Shown here: piece after piece, positions 29,243-44,367 of the stretch
How the letters are laid out: every line of letters begins with the position of its first letter
How positions within the stretch are numbered: position 1 is the stretch's first letter
Assembly (NCBI GenBank): GCA_964016885.1
Contig: OZ024756.1
Span: 39,432,001 to 39,496,000 of the forward strand
Origin: Eledone cirrhosa
Lineage: Eukaryota
Reading direction: 5' to 3'
Length of the DNA: 64,000 bases
Position numbers and translations under genes: made by a program
Notes under the pieces: generated by a model
Told to the model about the DNA's origin: nothing
What the model saw: only the letters and a program-made list of their open reading frames with translations
The model's database searches: none

Positions 29243-31498
29243 GTATCGAACTCGGGAAGAGTTGATTGCAAAACCAACCCTAAAGCTGTGAGCAAGATAT
29301 ATATATATATATATATAGTATTCAGGATACTATCTATGGTTATGTATATACTAAAACGTGTTATAGTTATATATATTTTAAACCCTAAACAGGGAAAGAC
29401 ATTAATTTATTACTACCTTATTACCAGTGAGATAAATAGCTCAATGTAATAACATCAGTTGTTCTACAGAGCAGTTATATAGAATTCTCTCTCTCTATAT
29501 ATATATTTATCGGCTTTTACTGCCCAATAATCGGTATACTGAACGCAAATAACTGATATTTCGATCAGTACGAGTTTTCTTTCTCTGTAAGTCCACTTGA
29601 TTTCTCATTTCACTCTATCCTATAATCGATATAATGAGTACCACACAAAGTTCTTGGATAGATGCGATCGACAGAAATCCTAGGTTTGCCCCAGATTCTA
29701 TGAAAGACTCAAAGTATGGCATTATAACATGACTACCGTAAGTCTCCAACTTATGAACGAGTTACGTTCCCAGAGGCCGTTCCTTAGTTTTATTTGTTCG
29801 TAAGTTGATCGTCTAACACCGTATTTAACAGTAAACCCATATATGATACATTGCTACTGCAGAGCCCCACACAAACGAACTTACACATTTTCTTTCTTCG
29901 TGAAACTGTTCGTATCTGTGGAAGTTCGTAAAGTACGGGTTTACTGTGTGTATATATATATATATATATATAACACATAATCTACAAGCTTAGTAGTATA
30001 AAGGTTTCATAATCCTTCAGCTTATGAAAAAATACATAAGATAGCTTAAGCATAGTAGTTTGTAGACATGGTAGACACGGGAGATCATTTAAAAATCTTT
30101 ACAAACATCTTTGCAACATTGAATAAACAAGAAGGCAAACTATCAAATCAAATAGTTTTATTGGTATCTGAAATTAAATGTGAAAATACACGTCTAGAAA
30201 AAGGTACAAAAAAAAAGAAAAAGAGATCAATGTGAATTGAAAGGAAAACCAGAATGTTCTATTAAACACACAAAAGGTTCGAAAGTATGAAAAGCAACAT
30301 TGATTTTTAGGAGAAAAGACAAACAATTTACTCTCTAACCCAAACAATTCTATCACGAACTTAATGAAAGGAATACTTAGTAGTTTACCAAGCTATAACA
30401 CTTGAAATAAATAAAAGCGAGCGAAACAGGAGAGAAGTACGGGCAACGAAAAATACATTAGAAAGAAACGAACAGAAATATTAAATTAGAAATACACCAA
30501 AGAATATACAACTGTATCTAATAACCAAGCGAATAATCCAATCAGTAGACTAACTTAAGATTAATAATAAACGAATGGAAATACAACAAAGACATTTCTG
30601 TGTTCTTAACCACAGAAGAAAACTATCAACTTCAATAAACTGTAGTGGATCTTCTACCTACCTACGTTTTCACCGAAGAGATGTATGTTTGTTTTTTATC
30701 TGCAGGACATATTCATAGTCGAGTCAATAACGAAACAGATAAGAAACACAATTAATTTGAAAAGAATAGAATTCTTATTTTGTTGTGAAAAATAGAGACG
30801 CGAAAAAATAGCATTAAAACAAAAAGAAAGAAAATGGATCTATATTGTGTACAGAGATATTTGGGAAACAATGAAAAGTCTTTCCAAAACTGAACCTATA
30901 TAAATCAGAGAAATAGAAAATGGATATTCAAAATCCATTAATAAAGACTGCAAAAAAAAGGAGGAAAATAACAACTAAAATAATGGAAAATAACTGTATA
31001 AACAAAATGAAGAATTTTTCGATAAGAAAACAGTAAAAGAAATCTGTAAGATAAACATAAGGCAAACAGATAAATGTGTATTGTATAATGTGACAAGATA
31101 ACTATGAAAACTAAAGGGTGATGTAAGAGACAATAGAAAAAATAATCAAAAAAGTAGAAAACGAAAACAAGAAAATGGATTGTTTTTTTTTAAATATAAA
31201 GAACAGTGTCGACATTCATGCAATAAACATTTGCTGGAATCTTTTAAAAAAATCTCTTTATAGTGCGACTAACAAAGACAATCGCACGCAATCATACAGA
31301 TATGTTTATACAAAAGCATAGACTGACACGCTCGGATATATATATTGTTATATTTCTATATTTAAGGATGGTCAGGTTTTCCTAATATTGCCAGAAAAAT
31401 AGTTAAACACACTCACAATCTAGTTTGGTTATATATCTATATATATCTATATATATCTATCTATCTCTCTCTCTATATATATATATACATATATATAT

Positions 31499-31829
31499 AT
31501 GGTATTACGTCGGATGTACCGCAACTTCTTTCAAGGCTCGCCTATACCAACATCGATCTTCGATCAGGCACGAGAAAATGCGCTCCGTAACAACCCTCGC
31601 CGATAAAGCCTGGCAGCTTCGGAGGAACAATCAAGCGTTCTCCCTTGATTGGCAAATTATTGCAGCTGCGCCTGCATATCAGCAAAATCATCGATTCTGC
31701 AAATTATGCAATTTAGAGATATACTGCATTTTAACGTCGGTAAACAAACTTTTGAACAGCAAAATTGAACGTTCTCTATACTGTAACCATCGTTTGAAAA
31801 CGACTTTTTCTTTTTTTAAATGCATATAA
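31499..31829 (+). mobile_element. Penelope-like (Naiad-type) C-terminal GIY-YIG endonuclease fragment, 5'-truncated
   Basis: YYVGCTATSFKARLYQH..TTLADKAWQL..LDWQII..Y..CKLCNLE..I..LLNSKIE..CNH; starts abruptly after (TA)n. Confidence 0.85.
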
Positions 31830-32438
31830 GGTTACCTTTTACACCACCGTTTGCAAATTTCTGTTTTATATGTTTATACACAAGATATGGCTTTCTATAA
31901 TAATAGTACTAAACACTGTTTTTCTGGACCCTTTTAGAAATAACCTGCTACTTATAATAGCCCTAATAACCTGTCTGTGACACTGTACCACTTTGACCCC
32001 TTTAACTAAATTTTGTCCGAACAACACCACTAGAAGAATTTACTTCCCGCCAACCCTGACACGCCTCATTAAGCTAACTGCTGCCAAAACATCTCTCCTC
32101 GCAATCTCTACTAGTCTGACGGTCTTAAATCCTAAGACTCCCTCCACCTTACTCACTTCCCTCTTACCCTTCTCTTCCTACCTCCTTCTTTATCTTTTAT
32201 CTAGTGTATAAAATATTTTCATATCATTACAATACAAAGGTCTGATGACATGGTGTGTTTGCTTACAGTGTACCTTCGGTTTATGATAATATTTTTTATA
32301 TTATTCAAATACCGAGGTATAGGTAACCCATACACTATAGAAACAATTGTTACCTAATAAATTCTGTATACCCGCATTTCCATTTCGTAAACTTCTTCTT
32401 CATATATATATATATATGTATATGTATATATATATATG

Positions 32439-32503
<65 letters not shown>

Positions 32504-33136
32504 ATATATATGTATATATATATATGTATATATATATATGTATATATATATGTATATATATATGTATATATATATGTATATATATGTGTGTATATATATG
32601 TGTGTATATATATGTGTATATATATGTGTATATATATGTGTATATATATATATGTGTATATATATATATGTGTATATATATATATGTGTATATATATATA
32701 TGTGTATATATATATATGTGTATATATATATATGTGTATGTATATATATGTATATGTATATATATATATATGTGTATGTATATATATATATATGTGTATA
32801 TATATATATGTGTGTATATATATATATGTGTGTATGTATATATATATGTATATGTATATGTATATATATATGTATATATATATGTATATATATGTATATG
32901 TATATATATATATGTATATATATATATGTATATATATATATGTAATATATATATATGTATATATATATATGTATATATATATGTATATATATATGTATAT
33001 ATATATGTATATATATATGTATATATATATATATATGTGAATATAGACATAGAATATTCGAAAATATTCTGTATGTTTATAATAAACATTTTGAAGACCT
33101 AATCGCTATAGAATAGAATACGTCACGTATTACAAT

Positions 33137-33336
33137 NNNNNNNNNNNNNNNNNNNNNNNNNNNNNNNNNNNNNNNNNNNNNNNNNNNNNNNNNNNNNNNN
33201 NNNNNNNNNNNNNNNNNNNNNNNNNNNNNNNNNNNNNNNNNNNNNNNNNNNNNNNNNNNNNNNNNNNNNNNNNNNNNNNNNNNNNNNNNNNNNNNNNNNN
33301 NNNNNNNNNNNNNNNNNNNNNNNNNNNNNNNNNNNN
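33137..33336. other. Assembly gap (200 N)
   Basis: Run of N. Confidence 1.
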
Positions 33337-34988
33337 GTTGTGAAAAATAGAGACGCGAAAAAATAGCATTAAAACAAAAAGAAAGAAAATGGATCTATAT
33401 TGTGTACAGAGATATTTGGGAAACAATGAAAAGTCTTTCCAAAACTGAACCTATATAAATCAGAGAAATAGAAAATGGATATTCAAAATCCATTAATAAA
33501 GACTGCAAAAAAAAGGAGGAAAATAACAACTAAAATAATGGAAAATAACTGTATAAACAAAATGAAGAATTTTTCGATAAGCAAACAGTAAAAGAAATCT
33601 GTAAGATAAACATAAGGCAAACAGATAAATGTGTATTGTATAATGTGACAAGATAACTATGAAAACTAAAGGGTGATGTAAGAGACAATAGAAAAAATAA
33701 TCAAAAAAGTAGAAAACGAAAACAAGAAAATGGATTGTTTTTTTTTAAATATAAAGAACAGTGTCGACATTCATGCAATAAACATTTGCTGGAATCTTTT
33801 AAAAAAATCTCTTTATAGTGCGACTAACAAAGACAATCGCACGCAATCATACAGATATGTTTATACAAAAGCATAGACTGACACGCTCGGATATATATAT
33901 TGTTATATTTCTATATTTAAGGATGGTCAGGTTTCCTAATATTGCCAGAAAAATAGTTAAACACACTCACAGTCTAGTTTGGTTATATATCTATATATAT
34001 CTATCTATCTCTCTCTCTCTCTATATATATATACATATATATATATATGGTATTACGTCGGATGTACCGCAACTTCTTTCAAGGCTCGCCTATACCAACA
34101 TCGATCTTCGATCAGGCACGAGAAAATGCGCTCCGTAACAACCCTCGCCGATAAAGCCTGGCAGCTTCGGAGGAACAATCAAGCGTTCTCCCTTGATTGG
34201 CAAATTATTGCAGCTGCGCCTGCATATTAGCAAAATCATCGATTCTGCAAATTATGCAATTTAGAGATATACTGCATTTTAACGTCGGTAAACAAACTTT
34301 TGAACAGCAAAATTGAACGTTCTCTATACTGTAACCATCGTTTGAAAACGACTTTTTCTTTTTTTAAATGCATATAATGTTACCTTTTACACCACCGTTT
34401 GCAAATTTCTGTTTTATATGTTTTTACACAAGATATGGCTTTCTATAATAATAGTACTAAACACTGTTTTTCTGGACCCTTTAGAAATAACCTGCTACTA
34501 TAATAGCCCTAATAACCTGTCTGTGACACTGTACCACTTTGACCCCTTAACTAAATTTTGTCCGAACAACACCACTAGAAGAATTTACTTCCCCGCCAAC
34601 CCTGACACGCCTCATTAAGCTAACTGCTGCCAAAACATCTCTCCTCGCAATCTCTACTAGTCTGACGGTCTTAAATCCTAAGACTCCCTCCACCTTACTC
34701 ACTTCCCTCTTACCCTTCTCTTCCTACCTCCTTCTTTATCTTTTATCTAGTGTATAAAATATTTTCATATCATTACAATACAAAGGTCTGATGACATGGT
34801 GTGTTTGCTTACAGTGTACCGTCGGTTTATGATAATATTTTTTATATTATTCAAATACCGAGGTATAGGTAACCCATACACTATAGAAACAATTGTTACC
34901 TAATAAATTCTGTATACCCGCATTTCCATTTCGTAAACTTCTTCTTCATATATATATATATATATATGTATATGTATATATATATATG

Positions 34989-35034
<46 letters not shown>

Positions 35035-35331
35035 GTCTCTCTTCTCTCTCTCTCTTCTCTCTCTCTCTCTCTCTGTATATATATATGTATATATATATAT
35101 GTATATATATATGTATATATATATGTATATATATATGTATATATATATGTATATATATGTGTGTATATATATGTGTGTATATATATGTGTATATATATGT
35201 GTATATATATGTGTATATATATATATGTGTATATATATATATGTGTATATATATATATGTGTATATATATATATGTGTATATATATATATGTGTATATAT
35301 ATATATGTGTATATATATATATGTGTATATG

Positions 35332-35378
<47 letters not shown>

Positions 35379-35699
35379 GTGTATGTATATATATATATAT
35401 GTATATATATATGTGTATATATATATATGTGTGTATGTATATGTATATCGTATATGTATATATATATGTATATATATATATATGTATATATATATATGTA
35501 TATATATATATGTATATATATATATGTATATATATATATGTATATATATATATGTATATAGTATGTATATATATATGTATATATATATATATATATATGT
35601 GTGAATATAGACATAGATATTCGAAAATATTCTGTATGTTTATAATAAACATTTTGAAGACCTAATCGCTATAGAATAGAATACGTCACGTATTACAAT
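33337..35699 (+). repeat. Near-identical direct duplicate of 30782-33136
   Basis: Both start gttgtgaaaaatagagacgcg and end cgtcacgtattacaat; second GIY-YIG copy (34047-34377) has CAG to TAG at 34228. Confidence 0.95.
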
Positions 35700-36133
35700 T
35701 AGATTCTCGATAAAAGCAAGGGAAGAATCTACGCGTTTCATTCTTATTAGAAATCTTCAGGACTACATATCCAGTGCTTTTATCGAGAATAACACAGCTA
35801 GAGACTTATAGAATACTTAGCTGTGTACAGGAACTGGTTTGAAAGAGCGGTTGCCGGTCCGGCAGAAATTAGAAATTGGAATAAATTCTATAAGTCTCTA
35901 GCTGTGTCATTCTCGATAAAAGCACTGGATATGTAGTCCTGAAGATTTCTAATAAGAATGAAACGCGTAGATTACTTCCCTTGCTTTTATCGAGAATCTA
36001 ATTATAATACGTGACGTATTCTATTCTATAGCGATTAGGTCTTCAAAATGTTTAATATAACATACAGAATATTTTCGAATATTCTATGTCTATATTCACA
36101 TATATATCGCTATTTCAGAGCATTTATTCCAAT
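35600..36133. mobile_element. Fold-back Penelope-like terminal repeat, ~215-bp arms
   Basis: 35600-35814 versus 35885-36100 reverse complement; spacer gagcggttgccggtc and tail gctatttcagagca shared with the 27.7 kb element. Confidence 0.88.
35933..35975 (+). ncRNA. Minimal type-I hammerhead ribozyme, intact core
   Basis: GUAGUC-CUGAAGA-U UUCU AAUA AGAA U-GAAAC GC GUA/GAUUAC; palindromic ACGCGU; distal 16-bp helix auucucgauaaaagca/ugcuuuuaucgagaau; mirror copy 35725-35766 (-). Confidence 0.88.
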
Positions 36134-36432
36134 ATATATATGTATATATATATGTTATGTATATAGATATATGTTATAGATATATATAGTATATATAGGT
36201 ATATATATATAGTATATATATATATATATGTAGAGTATAGAGTAGTGTATAGATATATGTATATATTGAGATTGATATGTTATATATATGTATATTATAT
36301 ATGTATATATAGATGGTATATGTATATATATGTATATATATGTATATAGTATATAGTATATATATTAGTTATGTAGTATATATATGTGTATATATGTATA
36401 TATAGATGTATAATTATATGTATATATATATG

Positions 36433-36465
<33 letters not shown>

Positions 36466-36480
36466 GTATATAATATATTG

Positions 36481-36513
<33 letters not shown>

Positions 36514-36696
36514 GTATATATATATATGTATATATAGTATATATATATATGTATATATGTATATGTATATGTATATATGTATATAGTATATATATATATA
36601 TATATATCTATATATATATATATATATATATATAGTATATATTATATTATATATGATATATATATATATATGTATATATACTATATATATGTATAG

Positions 36697-36728
<32 letters not shown>

Positions 36729-36987
36729 GTATATATATATATGTATATATATATATGTATAATATATATGATATATATATGATATATATATATGTATATA
36801 TATTATATGTATATATATATCTATGTATATATATATATGTATACTATATATATGTATATGATATATATATATGTATATATATATGATATATAGTATAAGA
36901 TATATATAGATAGTATATATATATATGTATATATAATATATGTATATATAATATAATTGTAATATATAGTATATATACTATGTATAG

Positions 36988-37018
<31 letters not shown>

Positions 37019-37409
37019 GTAGTATATATAGATGTATATATATATATGTAGATATATGTATGTATGTATATATATGTATATATATATATGTATATATATA
37101 TATGTATAGTATATATATGTATATCTATACTATATACTATATAGTATATATATATATGTATATATATGTAGTATATGTATATATGTATATATAGTAGATA
37201 TAATGTATATATATGTATTATATATATGTATATATATGTATGTATATATATGTATATATTATATGATATACTATATATATGTATCTATATGTATGTATAC
37301 TATAGTATATATATATATGTATATATATGTATGTATATATATGTATATATATATATGTATATATATATATGTATATATATGTATGTATATATATGTATAT
37401 ATATATATG

Positions 37410-37446
<37 letters not shown>

Positions 37447-37485
37447 GTATATATATGTATGTATATATATGTATATATATATATG

Positions 37486-37522
<37 letters not shown>

Positions 37523-37882
37523 GTATATATATATATGTATATATATGTATGTATATATATGTATATATATGTATGTATAATATGCATGTATATATATGTA
37601 TATATATATATGTATATATATGTATGTATATATATATATGTATATATATGTATATATATATATATATATGTGTATATATATGTGTATAATATATATATGT
37701 ATGTATATATATGTATATATATATATGTATATATATATGTGTATATATATATGTGTATATATATATGTGTATATATATATGTATATATATATATATGTGT
37801 ATATATATATGTATATATATATATATGTGTAATATATATGTATATATATATATGTATATATATATATGTATATATATATATG

Positions 37883-37913
<31 letters not shown>

Positions 37914-38005
37914 GTATATATATATATGTATATATATATATGTATATATATATATGTATATATATATATGTATATATATGTATATATATGTATATATATG
38001 TATAT

Positions 38006-38040
<35 letters not shown>
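36134..38040. repeat. (TA)n/(TATG)n array, first ~1.1 kb noisy
   Basis: Irregular single-base indels, possibly unpolished read errors. Confidence 0.85.
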
Positions 38041-38043
<3 letters not shown>

Positions 38044-40310
38044 TTAATAAACGAAACAAAAACAAACACAAGAATGCAAAAATCTACAGTTTTGTATATA
38101 TATATATAATTAACAAGAAACTAATGAATGTTTCACAGTAATAAGGAATTCATGTAAAACACTAGAACCCAGAAAAGAAACCAAAACATACAATACTTAA
38201 GGGACTCAGGGTATATATAATAATGAGCCTTCAAAACAGAAGAACTCCTACAGAATCGACCACACAAGAAACCAATCAAGCCATCATGTCACTTCTAATA
38301 CTGAGACGACCCAAACTCCGTATAATTCCCAAACGATATAACAGCACATACTGCGCATGCTCCACTCAAAACTATGGAGCAGTTGAAACAATACATATGC
38401 TACATAAATACCACATAATACAACAACATAAAACAATCATATATAATCGATGCCCTCACTATAATACCAATATATAACTCAACTGATGTTCCACAAAACC
38501 GACAATCAATAATATGGTAGAACCAAGGAGGAAAGTACTGCAAACAATCAATATAAGCCAGTAAATAATAACAAACATAACATATTTTCATATTCTACAC
38601 AACAAGAAGCTGGATGATATACTAAAGTATATCATCCAGTATATCATCCAGTATATCGATTTTGACGATGAGTGTTCCAGTTTTTTCGATAAACGGTAGA
38701 GCCTGATTGTGAAATTAACAAACAAAATGGCCGAAGTACTTCGACTCAGATTATCTCACAAGGCCTGGCCAGATATCTCGACTCTCCCTGCCCGATGAGA
38801 AGATTTTCAATAGCATTTGGGGTGGGTGAGAGATGTCTTCTCTTGTGTAAATGGGTAGAGCTTTCATTATGTAAAATCTCCCGATTTTCCCGGAGTTGCA
38901 ACCGATAGATAGTACTAGCAATTGGAAAGACGAATGGAAACATTGTTTCCTTGGTCCGATTTGACGAAGGTCGATCGTGTCCTTTGCCTCATTTCTCCCC
39001 GTTTTAGGGCGGGCACTTTTTTTTCATGGTACTCCACGTTTGGGCTTTTAGAGGTTGGCAGGTCCACTTGGGTCAACCCGTGTTTATTGTAAATGACACT
39101 TCCTCAATATAACACTGTAGAATCATTGCTCCCCCGTATCGTAAGAATACTAACCATAACTCTTAACCACTTGACCATGCTTAGTCCAGTGACGACAAAA
39201 AAGCAATCAAACAAAGTAAAAGTAATATATTGTTTGAACCAAATGCTACATTAGCAGCAAAGAATGCCTGAACCACAGAACATCTGTTAGTGTCGTAGAG
39301 ACTCACAGAAAACTGTTGAAATAACAGTAATTTCTATACAGGTGCAAGACCAAGGCTACTATCACCAAACCCTGACTGCTATATCTTATTTCATCGACGC
39401 AAAAATGACGAAAGACAAACAGATGCGGAGCCAAAATATAAAGAGACAGAATAAATACCGTTCAACGTTCTAACAAAATGTGGAACCAAAAGAGACAGAA
39501 TAAATACCGCAAGGCATTTTGTTTAACGTCCTAACAATTTCGACAATCCATAACAGCAATGATACACTTTACATTTAGTGTCGACATTTTAAAAGCCACA
39601 AAATTCTTTTAATTTTATTCTGAATCTGCTATTAAAAGAATAATCTTGAAATTTAAAACAACATATTAAATCAGGACCTGGAGAAGGTTACTGTTAATAA
39701 TTGAAGTACGTTTGTTTCATCTCTAAATACATTTTGTGCACATTCATCACTCACTCTCTTAAACTGAAACGTTTTAAATTTTCAGCCCATGAAACAATTA
39801 ATCCTTTCAAATATTGTAGAAACAAAATATAAAAGGGAAAAATAATTTCTAGTCTAAACGAAATCCATTCATATAAAGAAAAAAAAAGGATTACAGTTGT
39901 GAATTACCAAAACAAATGGGTTTCTGAATGAATAAATAATAAACAAATAAAATAAATAATAAATACATAAAAACAATTGTTGTAAATGCAATAAATTCAA
40001 GTAGTTATTTTGCGAGAATTGGAATTTCTGAGTCTCAAAATATAAAAATATCTGAAGACCATTGAAACAGAAATAAATTCAGCATAATGAAAACGTTAGA
40101 AGGGTTTTTCTTTACTTTCTTGTTAAATCGAATAAGTGGCATACTAATTGTAATGATTTCTTTTATTTGAAACAAGTGTTAGATGAGGAGATGTTACAAG
40201 TATAAACAGAACTATGAGAGTTTACACAGAAGCAACTGTAGAAAAGGAAAAAGGCTAAGAAAATAACAGTAATAATTATCATTATCTCATACATGGGGTC
40301 CGTGGATGGA

Positions 40311-40697
40311 CAGAGCATAGAACAAATGATTAGCAGTATTTGGCAGACCTCTTTACGATCTGAGTTCAAATCCTGTCGAGGTTAGCTTTGCTTTTCAACC
40401 TTACGAGGATCGATAAAATAAAGTACCAGTAACGAACTGGAGTTGATTTAATCGACTTTCTCTTCCCCCAAAATTGCTGACCCTGTAACTAAATCAGAAA
40501 CCATTTTCTCATACACACATGGGGGGGGGGGTTTAACTGATAGAGCGTAGAGCAAATGCTTAGCAGTAATTGGCACACCGCTTTATGTTTTGAGTTCAAA
40601 TATCGTCGAAATCAACACTGCCTTTCATCTTTCTCGAGTGATGTAATCGACTTTCCCCTCCCTAAAAATTACAGGCCCTGTTTCTATATTAGAAATC
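40311..40697 (+). mobile_element. Two diverged Deu/Nin-type SINEs
   Basis: gagttcaaat..gcttttcaaccttacgagg.tcgataaaataaagtaccag, then a deleted older copy. Confidence 0.7.
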
Positions 40698-41811
40698 CTT
40701 ATTTCATACACACACACATCACACATACAAACACACATACATACATACACTAACGTTTTATAAAAAAAAAATATATTTACAGGGTGTATGATGATGTAAA
40801 TTGATATACAATACTCTTGATGTTATACGGGGCAGCAATGGACATGCTGTCCCCCAGTCTTTCCGACCTGTGATTGCAGAGTCCATTCTTTTCTTTTGTT
40901 TATCTCTCTTTTTCTTCTGTTCCTCAGTTTGTAACTACACTTTCGCAAGTGTACTGAAACGTGTTTCATATCCATAACATCACAGTTTTGTTCTTGCTCG
41001 CTGTGTTCATTTCTTCATGGTTTTCAATACAAAACTTGGCGCTTTAGGGGACCTGCTCATGTGTAATATGATCCAACTACAACAAACATGCCAACCTCTA
41101 AAAACCTCAACAGGGAGCACCATGAAAAGAAGTGTCTCAAATCGGAGAGAAATGACGCAAAATGGGGAGATGTTACATAATGAAATTTATACCCATTTTC
41201 ACAGAGAAAACATCTCCCACTCACCCCAAAGTGGGGAGATCTCACTGTGGTCGACACCTAAGATTTAGCTGCGACATCTTATTTACAGTGTTTGTATCTT
41301 TGTATGTCTTCAGTGAGAGATTATATTTGGCATGTATACAGAAACAGGAAAATAATATTACAGGCAGGAGTCATATCTTATTCTTCGTAATAATGTTTAT
41401 TTTAATTAGTAAGAAATCGTTTATAATCATTAATACCCCCTGGAGGGTGGTTAAAAGACTGTCCTTAATGACTACACCGTTGAACAATATTATATTCCTT
41501 TTGTCATTTTCTTATTTTGTTCCATTATCTCCTGGCTTTAACAATCATTACAGGATAACTATTATTGTAGGATATTTTCTGAAGGAACTTGAATTCAATC
41601 CGTAGGTGAACGAATCTAAATCATGGAATGTATCTAGTTTATGTCACTTTTCTACAGATACACCGCCGTTATGTGAAGTCATATCTCATACGTTCATACG
41701 ATATCATTTCATATTTAGCCTTATATCATTTTACATATCTTGTATTATATTATATATAATGCTTCAAGCAAACTACAACATTGTATTATATATAGGCAGA
41801 ACATAATCTGC

Positions 41812-41856
<45 letters not shown>

Positions 41857-41857
41857 A

Positions 41858-41932
<75 letters not shown>

Positions 41933-41936
41933 CATC

Positions 41937-41976
<40 letters not shown>

Positions 41977-42025
41977 TATATAAATAAATATATATATATA
42001 CATATAAATAAATAAATATATATAC

Positions 42026-42062
<37 letters not shown>

Positions 42063-42230
42063 AATATATATATCGATATATACATATATATAAATATATA
42101 TATATATATACATATATATAAATATATATATTCATATATATATATATACAGATATATAAATATATATATTCATATATATATATATATACAGATATATAAA
42201 TATATATATCATATATATGTATATATATTC

Positions 42231-42265
<35 letters not shown>

Positions 42266-42379
42266 CATATATATATTCATATATATTCATATATACATAT
42301 ATACATATATATAAATATATATATATATACATATATATAAATATATATATATATACATATATATAAATATACATATATA

Positions 42380-42421
<42 letters not shown>

Positions 42422-42675
42422 TATATATTCATATATACATATATACATATATATAAATATATATATATATATACATATATATAAATATATATATATATAC
42501 ATATATATAAATATATATATATATATACATATATATAAATATATATATATATACATATATATAAATATATATATATATACATATATATAAATATATATAT
42601 ATATACATATATATAAATATATATATATATAAATATATATATATAGACATATATATAATATATATATATATATAC

Positions 42676-42706
<31 letters not shown>

Positions 42707-42877
42707 ATATATATATATATAGACATATATATAAATATATATATATATAGACATATATATAAATATATATATATATATAAATATATATATATATACATAT
42801 ATATAAATATATATATATATACATATATATAAATATACATATATATAAATATATATATATATATGTATATATATATA
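41812..42877. repeat. Compound (TA)n array
   Basis: Directly visible. Confidence 0.95.
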
Positions 42878-43000
42878 GTTGTATCGTTACATGAAAACTG
42901 CGTCTGTAAGCGGTACGCCCGTTGAGCACTCGATGCTCGCGCAGAGCAGAGTATAATACTATAAAGATAAGGAAAAATTGGAGACGAAATTATATACTAA

Positions 43001-43092
43001 GCATATCTGACGATCTTTCGATTACAGAGACAGGATCGATCTTTAATAGGTCTTGCCTCGAGCTGATCGATGGAGAAACACATGTAGCATGT
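43001..43092 (+). ncRNA. Type-I hammerhead motif with long stem II
   Basis: GCAUAU-CUGACGA-UCUUUCGAUUA..UGAUCGAUGGA-GAAAC ACAU GUA/GCAUGU; one A-C mismatch in stem I. Confidence 0.72.
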
Positions 43093-43184
43093 TATTAAAT
43101 ATGTTGTGATGCAACACTGAATCCTTGTCCCTTATCCTTTTAGTGTACACACATATATATATATATATATATATAAACAAAAAA

Positions 43185-43345
43185 AGCTTCTACAGGACTA
43201 GAACTGTTTCATTCGTGAGAAATCATCAGGAATGAAATAGTTCTTGTCCTGTAGAATCTTTTCTATATTAAATATTTATACCCTGCTTTGTATTGAGTAC
43301 CTTACTTACTGTGGTTACCCCCGATTGAACCCGGGATAAACTTAT
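43185..43345. mobile_element. Fold-back family A copy
   Basis: Homologous to 1465-1660, right arm deleted at the centre. Confidence 0.8.
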
Positions 43346-43348
43346 ATT

Positions 43349-43379
<31 letters not shown>

Positions 43380-43451
43380 GTATATATATATACACACACA
43401 CAGATACATATAGATATATATATATATACACATACATATATATATATATAT

Positions 43452-43514
<63 letters not shown>

Positions 43515-43546
43515 CACACACACACATATATATATACATATATATG

Positions 43547-43578
<32 letters not shown>

Positions 43579-43586
43579 CACACACT

Positions 43587-43652
<66 letters not shown>

Positions 43653-43662
43653 CACACACATA

Positions 43663-43882
43663 AGGAACGATCGACTTTTTTGTCAAATCGGACCGAGGGA
43701 ACAATGTTTCCGTTGGTCTTTCCAATTGCTAATACTATCTATCGGTCGCAACTCCAGGTAGAAGGAGCAACGTGAAATAAAGTGTCTTGCTCAAGGACAT
43801 AACGCATCGCCTGGTCTAGGAATCGAACTCACAACCTTACGATTGCGAATCCAATTTCCTAACCACTCAGCCACACGCCTTC
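43663..43882 (-). mobile_element. CORE-type tRNA SINE, full length
   Basis: tRNA-like head (ggcgtgtggctgagtggttag..gagttcgattcc) plus gtccttgagcaagacactttatttcacgttgctcc. Confidence 0.85.
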
Positions 43883-43937
43883 ACACACATACATATATAT
43901 ATATATATATGTATATATATACACACACACACACACA

Positions 43938-43974
<37 letters not shown>

Positions 43975-44367
43975 ATATATATATATTCCTTGAGTAATAA
44001 TGTCTACATTATAAGGTATTTTTTCCATAAGTTAAAAGCTCTATTTGATATTTTATTGCGATTGATCTACCTCACTTTATTTCATCTTAAGTATCATCAA
44101 ATTCCTATGGTTAATTCCTGACCACAGTCTATCAAATATTTCACTCTTCTTTGATATTGCACCATTACTCGTGTATCGATTGGTGTCTGACGCCAATGAG
44201 AGTTGTATAACGAATGTCTTGTGTTAGAATCATCTTAAAAACCACAAAGCTAAGTAAGAATGGTCGTCTTATTTTGCTACTTTATATTCACGGATGCTAT
44301 ACTCTAAATATTAATAATAGTTCGTATTACCATTCTTTTATTTTAATAATGAAATAATGATAATAAT

